From Treponema sp. (GTDB lineage Bacteria > Spirochaetota > Spirochaetia > Treponematales > Breznakiellaceae), in assembly GCA_031257595.1 (NCBI GenBank), contig JAIROH010000122.1, positions 1 to 24,651 on the forward strand: DNA of 24,651 nt. Direction: 5' to 3'. This document shows, piece by piece, positions 8,142 to 15,515 of this stretch (the first letter of the stretch is position 1; each line of letters opens with the position of its first letter). The position numbers were made by a program, and so were the translations under genes. The notes beneath the pieces are model-generated. The model was not told the DNA's origin and did no database searches. It worked only from the letters and a program-made list of their open reading frames with translations.

Positions 8142-8222
8142 GGGGCCAAAAATGAAGAAAAGGTATTTTAATTCTTTGTATCTTCGCTGTTTCACTGTTA
8201 CCGGGATACCGGCGGAGGATGT

Positions 8223-11200
8223 ATGCGGCGTTTGATAGAACTGTGCGCGAGGCGGCCGGTGACGGTTATCATGTCCCTCGCGGCGCTTTTGCTTGCCGGG
8301 CTGTATTCCCTTTCCGTTTTGCCGGTTCAACGGCTCCCCGATTATTCGTTTCCCAGAGTAACCGTGGAAACCCGGTATCCCGGAATGGGCGCCGAAGATA
8401 TCCGTTCAATCGTAACCGTCCCGATCGAAGACGCCCTTTCTTCGGTAAAAGGCTTGAGGCGGATACGGAGCGTTTCGCGTGACGACGCTTCCCTCGTGGT
8501 GCTGGACTTCGCCTGGGGCGCCGAAAGCGGAACCGCGTCGGTACTGGTACGTGAAGCAATCGACGCCGTTTATCCGGGCCTGCCGGAAGGCGTGCAAAAA
8601 CCCGCGATCATTCCCGGCGATCCCGAAGAAGAACCGCAGATCGTCGTGGAAGTGAGTTCTCCCCACGGGGAAAGTTTCGCGAGGAACCTGGCGGAATACG
8701 AGATCCGGTCGCGGCTCAGGCGCGTTTCCGGCACAAGCGCCATCGTGCTTTTGGGAGGAGAGCTGCCCGAACTGGAAGTTCAGGCGGATCTTCCCCGCGC
8801 GGTTTCGCGGGGCTTTTCCCCCGCCGACATTGCCGCGCTTATCGCTTCGGAAACTTCATCGATTCCGGCGGGGAACGCCAGGGAAGGAGACATGGAACTT
8901 GTCGTCGTAAGTTCCGGTCGGCCCGAATCGGTTGAAGAACTTGCCGGCCTTGTACTGCCTTCTTCAAAGGGGCCTCTTGTTCTTGAAGACCTGGGAAAGG
9001 TTTTTACCGGAACGGCCAGGAAGAAAAGCCTTTTTATCTCGCCGGAGCGGAACGGCGCCGCCCTTGAAGTCTACCGGAGGCCGGGCGCCGACCCGCTAAA
9101 GCTTTCACGGGATGTCGTCAAAGCCATTGACGAGGCCGCCGCTGTTTTCGGCAGGGACGCGGACATAACCGTTGTCTGGGACGAAGCGCCTTCCATTACC
9201 GGCGGCATACGGAACCTTTTTCTTTCGGCCTGTTTCGGAAGCGCCGCCGTAGCGGGAGTGCTTTTCTATTCCCTGCGCCGTTTCAGGTACAGCCTTCTGG
9301 CGGGTTTTTCCATCCCCCTTTCGGCGTCGGCCTCTCTTTCGGTTCTGGCCATAAGCGGCGCTTCCCTTAACGGGATGAGCCTTTCGGGCATTGCCCTGGG
9401 CATCGGCCTTGTCTCGGATACGGCGGTGATTATCCTCGACCTGCTCCACAAAAGCTTTGGCCGGGAAGAGGCGCCGCCTGACTTTGACAGGCTGAGCCGG
9501 GCCGCCGCGTCGGTCGCCGCTTCCAGCCTGGGCGGAACCGTTACGACGGCGCTGGTATTTTTGCCGGTACTGTTTTTGCCGGGGCCCCTGGGTTCCCTGT
9601 TCGGCGATCTTTCGCTTTCCCTTCTGGTTTCCGTCGGAACAGGCTGGGCCTACGCGCAGTTTGCCCTTCCCTGCCTCTACCGCCTTTCGTTTAAGGCCGC
9701 TCCCAAATCTTTCCCGGCCAAAAATTTAACCGCGAAGGCGGAACAATTTCACCGTTGTCAAAACGGCGGGCTTTTTCCCCGCCGTCCGCGCCGGCGGAAA
9801 CAGCCCGCCGCGCGGGGCTGTTACGCGGCACTGCTTAAAAAGGTTTTGCGGAAACCCATCCCCGCGCTGATTCTCGCCGCCGCCCTCAGCGTCTTTGGCC
9901 TGGTCCTGCTTTCCCGGCGGCCCGCCGCGTTTGTTTCCTCAGGGGGAATACAGGAACTGCGCTTTACGCTTGATTTCCCGGCGGGGACGATCCTTGAAAG
10001 CATGGAAAGCGAAGCCGAGGCGGCGGCCCGGAGTATTGCCGGGATTCCGGGAATCGCCGCCGTGTTCGGCCGCGCCGGGGCGGAAGACGAAGATACGGGG
10101 AAACGCGCCGATCCCGGTTACCGGAAAGAAAGGGCGATCCTCCGCTGTATGCTGGTTCCGGGCTTTGACGCGGACAAGGCCCTTGCCGAACTGAACGCGC
10201 TTGCCGGTTCGTTAAAAACCGGAGAGGCCGCCCGCGGCGTGTCTTTCCCGCCCGACAAAACGGAAAAACTTCTCGGGCTTTCGTCAGACGCCGCGTTCGC
10301 GCTGCGGGCAAAAGATCGGGAAGAGCTTGAGCGGCGTCTGGCGGCGGCGGAAAAGACCATTACCGGTTCCGGCCTTGTGTCGAAATTCTCCGTCCGGCCC
10401 CGGGAAAAACGGCCCGAGATACGGATACTGCCGGACAGGGCGGCTTCCGCGTTTTTAGGTCTCTCCCAGGCGGAAGCCGCCCGCTCCGTTTACGCGTCCC
10501 TTGAGGGGGTTGCCGCCGGAGAACTTGAGATCGGCGGACGCCCCCTTGAGATGAAGGTAAGCGGAGATCCGGCGGGCCTTTCGCTTGAAAAGCTTCCCGT
10601 AGCCGTTACGGAAAACGGCCCGGTATTTCTGGGAAGCATCGGGAACATGGAACGCCGGGAAGTTCCCTCCGCCCTGCTCAGGCTTGACAGGAGCGACGCG
10701 GTTTACCTGGATGTTTTTCCCGAACAGGGGCGGGAAAAAAAGCTCGCGTCGTTTTTGACCGTCCTTTGCGGGAACGGCGGACAGGAGGGGTTTTCACGGG
10801 CCGACGATTCGGTATTCGTTCAGTACAAAACCTCGCTTGTGCTTACGACGCTGCTCGTGCTGATTATCCTGTACCTTTCAATGGCCGCCCTTTTTGAGTC
10901 GTTTTTGCTTCCGCTGATTCTTATGCTGACGATTCCGTTTTCACTGGCCGGGGCGGGACCCGTTTTGCTCCTTAGCGGCGCTTCCGTCGATTCGTCATCT
11001 GTTTTGGGGCTTATGGTTCTTTTCGGGCTGGCGGTAAACAGCGGCATGGTTCTCTTTGAACGGGCGCTTGAAAAAACCGGCCGGGGCCTTTCTCCCGGAA
11101 CGGCCGTTTACGGAGCGGCGATGGACAGACGCGTTCCGATCCTCGCGACGACATTGACCACGGCGCTTGCCCTTGTCCCGATGGTTTCGTCGCTGGGCGG

Positions 11201-11318
11201 AGGCCAGCGCTCCATGGCCGCCGCGATGCTCGGCGGCGTTTCCGCGTCCACGCTGCTGAGTTTGTTCGCCCTGCCGCCGGTTTTTATTAGGTATCTGAGG
11301 AGGAAGCGCCATGGCTGA
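8223..11318 (+). CDS. RND efflux permease subunit 1 (AcrB/AcrD/AcrF family)
   Basis: 1031 aa. N-terminal RRPVTVIM TM1, VTVETRYPGMGAEDIRSIVTVPIEDAL, TM4 GIGLVSDTAVIIL, FESFLLPLILMLTIPFSLAG, GLAVNSG and RVPILATTLTT motifs. GGAGG RBS at 8214-8218. Confidence 0.95.
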   Translation: MRRLIELCARRPVTVIMSLAALLLAGLYSLSVLPVQRLPDYSFPRVTVETRYPGMGAEDIRSIVTVPIEDALSSVKGLRRIRSVSRDDASLVVLDFAWGAESGTASVLVREAIDAVYPGLPEGVQKPAIIPGDPEEEPQIVVEVSSPHGESFARNLAEYEIRSRLRRVSGTSAIVLLGGELPELEVQADLPRAVSRGFSPADIAALIASETSSIPAGNAREGDMELVVVSSGRPESVEELAGLVLPSSKGPLVLEDLGKVFTGTARKKSLFISPERNGAALEVYRRPGADPLKLSRDVVKAIDEAAAVFGRDADITVVWDEAPSITGGIRNLFLSACFGSAAVAGVLFYSLRRFRYSLLAGFSIPLSASASLSVLAISGASLNGMSLSGIALGIGLVSDTAVIILDLLHKSFGREEAPPDFDRLSRAAASVAASSLGGTVTTALVFLPVLFLPGPLGSLFGDLSLSLLVSVGTGWAYAQFALPCLYRLSFKAAPKSFPAKNLTAKAEQFHRCQNGGLFPRRPRRRKQPAARGCYAALLKKVLRKPIPALILAAALSVFGLVLLSRRPAAFVSSGGIQELRFTLDFPAGTILESMESEAEAAARSIAGIPGIAAVFGRAGAEDEDTGKRADPGYRKERAILRCMLVPGFDADKALAELNALAGSLKTGEAARGVSFPPDKTEKLLGLSSDAAFALRAKDREELERRLAAAEKTITGSGLVSKFSVRPREKRPEIRILPDRAASAFLGLSQAEAARSVYASLEGVAAGELEIGGRPLEMKVSGDPAGLSLEKLPVAVTENGPVFLGSIGNMERREVPSALLRLDRSDAVYLDVFPEQGREKKLASFLTVLCGNGGQEGFSRADDSVFVQYKTSLVLTTLLVLIILYLSMAALFESFLLPLILMLTIPFSLAGAGPVLLLSGASVDSSSVLGLMVLFGLAVNSGMVLFERALEKTGRGLSPGTAVYGAAMDRRVPILATTLTTALALVPMVSSLGGGQRSMAAAMLGGVSASTLLSLFALPPVFIRYLRRKRHG

Positions 11319-14300
11319 GGGGAACCTCATGGATAAAGGCTGGCTTTCCCGGCCAAGGGCGGCGCTGGCGTTTGTCCTCGGCCTCTGCGCCGTTTCGGTT
11401 TTCCTTATCCGTTCTTCGGCCTCGGGACTTTCCCGTTCGGGGACCCTCGTTTCAGCTGACGGCGAGAGTTTTACCGTGATTCAGAGGTATTACGGAGTCG
11501 ACGCCGCGGAAATGGAACGGATCGCCGCGATCCCTCTCGAAGACGCCCTTGCCGGTATCCGCGGTTTGAAGAAGATTCGCAGCGCGAGCGAGAACGGAAT
11601 GGTCAGGGTGGTTGCCCATTTCGAGGGAAAGGCCGCCGGCCGCTACGAAGCGGTACGGGAAGCCGCCCAGAAAATATACAAACAGCTGCCGCCGGCGGCC
11701 CAGCGGCCGGAGATTCTTTCCGCCGACGCCGGCCGGCTTCCCGTATGGATTGCGGCGGTCGCTTCGAAAAAGAGCGGGGTTTCGCCGGGAACCCTGCTGG
11801 AACGAAACGTCAAGCCGGTTCTGGAAAGCCTTCCGGGCGCCGGAGAAGTGGAGATTTCGGGCGCGGCGGCCGGAGAAATCGTCATTGCGCTTGACGGATC
11901 CAGGGCCGCCCTGCTCGGCCTTGAAGCCGGTGACGTTGCCGCTCCGCTTGCCCGCAACGACGCTCTTTTCAGGGGCGGAAAGCTGCTTGAAGGGAACCGG
12001 GAAGTTCCCGTCGTCTTTGACGGCCGTTACGACGATGTCCGGAACCTTGAAAAGGCCCTTGTCCCAATCCGGGGAGGAGCGGGTTTTGTAAGCCTTGGAG
12101 ACATCGCTTCGGTACGGGAAGAAGAAAAAGAAGAGGTGAGCCTTTCGCGGCTTAACGGAAAGGAAACGGCGGTGATTGCCGTTACCGCGGGCGCCGGCCT
12201 CGGCAGGCTTTCCGAATCAATAGGGAACGAGATCGCGAAATTTGAGGAGCTGGAATTTACCGTTCTTTCCGACAGGGGAGAAGAAGAACGGGACGCGTAC
12301 CGTTCCGTGCTTGACGCGGCGATTCAGGGTTCCGCCGCCGTGGCCCTTATGGCGGCGCTGCTCTGTTTCAGGAAAGGCCGGCTGCTCTTTGTGCCTGTCT
12401 GCGCCCTGTCCGTTCCGGCGATCATGCTTTTTTCCGCGGCGCTGCTCAGCCTCCTTGGAATTGAGCTTGATACGCCGGTTCTGGCCGGCCTTTCCGCCGG
12501 CGCCGGCGCGGCGGTAGACGCCGTGATCCTCTGCGCCGAATATCTGGGAAGCGCCGCCACGGTTCCGGAAGGCCGCCGCGCGCTGGCTTCGTTAAGGTTC
12601 CCCGTTGTCTCCGGTTCGGCTACGACCATCATCGCGCTTTTTCCCCTGGTTTTTCAAAAGCTCGCGCCGGGCTTTCATTCGGTCGCCTGGGCGGTCGGCT
12701 CGGTCAACTTTGTCTCGATGGTTCTCGCCCTGACCCTGCTTCCGCCGTTGTTTTTGTACAGGCGCGCGTCCTCCGCGTCTTCCGCGCGAAAACCGGGTAC
12801 GCAAGCGGTAAAGAAAAAAGGGATGGAGACAGTTCCCTCACAACCGGTCAGGCGAAACCCGTTTTGCCGTTTCCATCCGCGTTTCCGTCCGCTGTCAAGA
12901 CTCCTGGCGGCGCATGTCCGGTTTTGCGTAACAAAGCCCTTTGCGATCATCGCGTTTTGGCTTTTACTGACCGGCCTGGGCCTCGCTTCGCTTGTAACGG
13001 GCGGCGCCGACACAGGTTCCCGGATTTCGGAAAATTCCGTATACGCCCAGGTTGAATTTGACGGGGGCCTTCGCAGGGAAGCCGTCGACCGCGCCCTTGC
13101 CGCTTTCGGCGAATCCCTCAAAGCCGCGGCGGGGATTACCGACGTTCAGACAAGCGCCCGTACCGGCTCCGGATCGGCGCTGCTACGTTTTGATCCGTTC
13201 CTGCTTAACGCCGAAAAAGTGCGGGCGCTGCTCCGCTCGACGCCCGTTCCCGGCGGTTTTGTCTATATAAACGAATCTTCCCCAAAAGAGCGGATATGGG
13301 AACTGTACGTGAGCGGGGACGACGGCGGGCGCTGCGGGGAGTTTGCCTCGGAAGCCGCCCGGATATGCATGTCCCTTCCGTTTGTTGACGAAACGGTGCT
13401 TAACTTCAAGGAAGGTCCGTTGCGGCTGACGCTGAACGCGGAACGGGAAAACCTCGCCGAAGCGGGCCTTTCGTTTTCGGGCCTCGGGGCCATGCTCAGG
13501 TACAGCGTACATGGCCCGGTAATCTACAAACGTCTTTCGCCGGACGGAGAAACCGATGTCCGCCTCAAGTGGGGTCGGGGCGGGGAAACTCCGGGCAGGG
13601 ACGGAATCAGGCAAAGCGCTTTTACGGGATCTTCGGGGCCTGTTATTGCCGGGACGCTTTTCAGGGAAACCGAAGACCGGGAACCGGGCATCATACAGAG
13701 AATAGACCGGAGGAGAAGCGCGTCGATTTCCATCCGCACAAAAGCGGCGGATCCCCGGAAAGCCAGGGATCTGATTATGCCGGCCCTGTCAAAGCTCGCG
13801 CTGCCGCCGGGATACGGAATTGAATTTGATCCTGACGCCGTTCAATCCGCCGAAGAACTCAGCGGTTCCTGGAAGATGTTTGTCCTTGCGCTTTTTTTGT
13901 GTTACTTCGTTATCGCTTCTTCACGGGAATCTTTCCTTTTTCCATTCACGGTTCTTGCCGTGGTTCCGCCGTCCCTTGCCTTCCCGGCTTTGTTCATGGC
14001 TTCCCTGGACGCCGCTTCGGCCTCGGCGTTTATCGCCGTGTCGGGCATGGCGGTAAACGCCGCGGTTCTTGTCGCCGATACCCGCGGCGGATCCGCGCTG
14101 GGGCTGTACCGGGTTTTACGCAAACGTTTCCCGCTTCTTGCCGCGACGGGCGGCACGACGATAGCGGGGGCGCTGCCGTTTTTGTTTCTGGCCCGCTCTT
14201 CCGTTTCCGTGGTCAGGTCTCTTTCCCTGGTTTCGGCCCTGGGCGTGGCCGCTTCGGTTCTCTGTTCAATCTCACTGATTCCCGCGCTGGCATCGTGTTT

Positions 14301-14340
14301 TCCGCGGATGTTCGCGCAGTCCGCGTTTTCGGTACGGTGA
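11311..14340 (+). CDS. RND efflux permease subunit 2 (divergent AcrB family)
   Basis: 1009 aa with an 8-nt overlap (ATGGCTGA) with RND1 and a GAGGAGG RBS at 11297-11303. Motifs YYGVDAAEMERIAAIPLEDALAGIRG, RLNGKETAVIAV, GAAVDAVIL, ESFLFPFTVLAVVP, GMAVNAA and RFPLLAATGGTT. Confidence 0.9.
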   Translation: MAEGNLMDKGWLSRPRAALAFVLGLCAVSVFLIRSSASGLSRSGTLVSADGESFTVIQRYYGVDAAEMERIAAIPLEDALAGIRGLKKIRSASENGMVRVVAHFEGKAAGRYEAVREAAQKIYKQLPPAAQRPEILSADAGRLPVWIAAVASKKSGVSPGTLLERNVKPVLESLPGAGEVEISGAAAGEIVIALDGSRAALLGLEAGDVAAPLARNDALFRGGKLLEGNREVPVVFDGRYDDVRNLEKALVPIRGGAGFVSLGDIASVREEEKEEVSLSRLNGKETAVIAVTAGAGLGRLSESIGNEIAKFEELEFTVLSDRGEEERDAYRSVLDAAIQGSAAVALMAALLCFRKGRLLFVPVCALSVPAIMLFSAALLSLLGIELDTPVLAGLSAGAGAAVDAVILCAEYLGSAATVPEGRRALASLRFPVVSGSATTIIALFPLVFQKLAPGFHSVAWAVGSVNFVSMVLALTLLPPLFLYRRASSASSARKPGTQAVKKKGMETVPSQPVRRNPFCRFHPRFRPLSRLLAAHVRFCVTKPFAIIAFWLLLTGLGLASLVTGGADTGSRISENSVYAQVEFDGGLRREAVDRALAAFGESLKAAAGITDVQTSARTGSGSALLRFDPFLLNAEKVRALLRSTPVPGGFVYINESSPKERIWELYVSGDDGGRCGEFASEAARICMSLPFVDETVLNFKEGPLRLTLNAERENLAEAGLSFSGLGAMLRYSVHGPVIYKRLSPDGETDVRLKWGRGGETPGRDGIRQSAFTGSSGPVIAGTLFRETEDREPGIIQRIDRRRSASISIRTKAADPRKARDLIMPALSKLALPPGYGIEFDPDAVQSAEELSGSWKMFVLALFLCYFVIASSRESFLFPFTVLAVVPPSLAFPALFMASLDAASASAFIAVSGMAVNAAVLVADTRGGSALGLYRVLRKRFPLLAATGGTTIAGALPFLFLARSSVSVVRSLSLVSALGVAASVLCSISLIPALASCFPRMFAQSAFSVR

Positions 14341-14354
14341 TTCAATGTGTAACA

Positions 14355-14383
14355 TTGACAGCTATATAACAATGGAGTAATTT
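14355..14383 (+). promoter_or_regulatory. Candidate sigma70 promoter for the second PD-(D/E)XK gene
   Basis: TTGACA (14355-14360), 17-nt spacer, TAATTT (14378-14383). Confidence 0.45.
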
Positions 14384-14404
14384 TTTCTTATGATCGAGGA
14401 AGCT

Positions 14405-14944
14405 ATGCGTGAGCCGGAAATGGGGCTGACTTTTGAAAAAGTCTGGGCAATGTTTCAGGAAACCGACCGCAAATTCAAGGAAACCGACCGTAAATTCAAG
14501 GAAACCGACCGTAAAATCAGCAAACTGGGCAGCCGGATCGGCGATCTGGTAGAAGAGATGATCGTCCCCAATATCCTGGAAAAGTTTGGTAAACTGGGTT
14601 ATATCTTCGGAAAGGTAGCCCCCAATGTACGTTACAGCGATTCCCGGGGTTTATACGTTGCCGAAGTTGATATCCTGCTGGAAAACGGGGACGCCGCCCT
14701 GGCGGTGGAGGTTAAGGCCAAGCTGACGGATAACGATGTACGGGACCATCTGCGGCGGATGGAAAAACTACGGCGCTATGCCGACGAACACCATGACAGG
14801 CGGAAGCTGCTGGGAGCGGTGGCCGGGGCGATAGCTTCGGAAGAAGTTAAGGCCTTTGCCGTCAAGAGCGGTTTTTTCGTTTTAGAACAATCGGGAGATA
14901 CGATACGGATCAGTGTCCCCGAAAATTTCAAGCCGCGAGAGTGA
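14405..14944 (+). CDS. Second PD-(D/E)XK nuclease-fold protein with heptad repeats (DUF3782-like paralogue)
   Basis: Track ORF from 14390; ATG 14405 follows GAGGA, and ATG 14420 is also possible. Sequence includes GLTFEKVWAMFQETDRKFKETDRK..., EVDILLENGDAALAVEVK and GFFVLEQSGDTIRISVPENFKPRE. It is clearly homologous to 5710-6489. Confidence 0.85.
   Translation: MREPEMGLTFEKVWAMFQETDRKFKETDRKFKETDRKISKLGSRIGDLVEEMIVPNILEKFGKLGYIFGKVAPNVRYSDSRGLYVAEVDILLENGDAALAVEVKAKLTDNDVRDHLRRMEKLRRYADEHHDRRKLLGAVAGAIASEEVKAFAVKSGFFVLEQSGDTIRISVPENFKPRE
14456..14518 (+). repeat. 21-bp coding tandem repeat x3 (ETDRKFK heptad)
   Basis: CAGGAAACCGACCGCAAATTC / AAGGAAACCGACCGTAAATTC / AAGGAAACCGACCGTAAAATC. Confidence 0.93.
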
Positions 14945-14949
14945 TAAGT

Positions 14950-15246
14950 TCATTCGTAGTGATGGGCCATCATGTATTCCCGCAAGGCCGCGTTTATTCT
15001 GGTTTGATACCCCTTGCCAAAGGAACGAAACCATTCAAGAACATCGGCGTCATAATTTATCTTAACCGGTATTTTAACCGGCTTGTAAAGGGAACGGTTC
15101 AGCAATTTGGCCGGAACGAGGCGGGCCAGTTGTTCTGTCGTAAGCGGGGGCATGTCGGAAACGTCTATATCTTTATCTTTCAACCCTTTGAGTTTTTTGA
15201 TACGCCCTGTATCAAGAGGTGGTAAGGTATCAATTGTTCTCTTCAC
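14950..15246 (-). CDS. brnA: BrnA-family antitoxin
   Basis: DIDVSDMPPLT...KIPVKINYDADVLEWFRSFGKGYQTRINAALREY matches the BrnA antitoxin ribbon-helix-helix signature (D.DV..WF...G.GYQ.RIN..LR.Y). The start is uncertain: GTG 15246 or TTG 15264. Confidence 0.88.
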   Translation of the reverse strand: MKRTIDTLPPLDTGRIKKLKGLKDKDIDVSDMPPLTTEQLARLVPAKLLNRSLYKPVKIPVKINYDADVLEWFRSFGKGYQTRINAALREYMMAHHYE

Positions 15247-15274
15247 GATCCCAGATGAATTCAATGTCCGTCAT
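15230..15274 (-). pseudogene. brnT: BrnT toxin remnant (14 codons)
   Basis: ATG 15274 gives MTDIEFIWDREENN*. MTDIEFIWD resembles the BrnT N-terminus (..FEWD). It lies where the toxin gene is expected, directly upstream of brnA, and runs straight into brnA sequence at GATC (15247-15250). Confidence 0.6.
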
Positions 15275-15288
15275 TTTATACCTATAAA

Positions 15289-15318
15289 AATATACACCGA
15301 TTTTATGCTGCCTGTCAA
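15289..15318 (-). promoter_or_regulatory. sigma70 promoter of the brnT-brnA operon
   Basis: The minus strand has TTGACA (15318-15313), an 18-nt spacer and TATATT (15294-15289), ending 15 nt upstream of the ATG at 15274. Confidence 0.6.
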
Positions 15319-15356
15319 ATGAAATTTGACAAAAAAACGGTATGACATTTGTCATA
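15313..15356. promoter_or_regulatory. Two related palindromic operator-like sites
   Basis: TGTCAAAT-GAA-ATTTGACA (15313-15331) and TATGACA-TT-TGTCATA (15341-15356) are perfect inverted repeats sharing TGACA/TGTCA half-sites. Confidence 0.55.
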
Positions 15357-15414
15357 TTTTGACGAAAACATTTGCATTTTTGTTTTATCGTTTGTACTAT
15401 TCGTTTTGGATACA

Positions 15415-15450
15415 GAGGCTCTTTCAAAACTTCAGTTTTGCAAGAAACTC
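15415..15450. mobile_element. 36-bp short form of the 6503-6621 element
   Basis: GAGGCTCTTTCAAAACTTCAGTTTTG is identical to 6503-6528. It is followed by CAAGAAACTC, matching the 3' end of the long copy (CAAGAAGCTC) with one mismatch. Confidence 0.75.
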
Positions 15451-15515
15451 TACATATTGTCGTAGGAAAGGATGCCCGTGTCCGCGGGCGGTACGCAAAA
15501 AAACAGAGGCCTCCT

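Noticed and set aside
8223-14340. Assigning acrB, mdtB/mdtC or cusA symbols
   Set aside because: Family membership is clear but orthology is not. There is no adjacent MFP, and the TM4 motifs differ from those of the named pumps.
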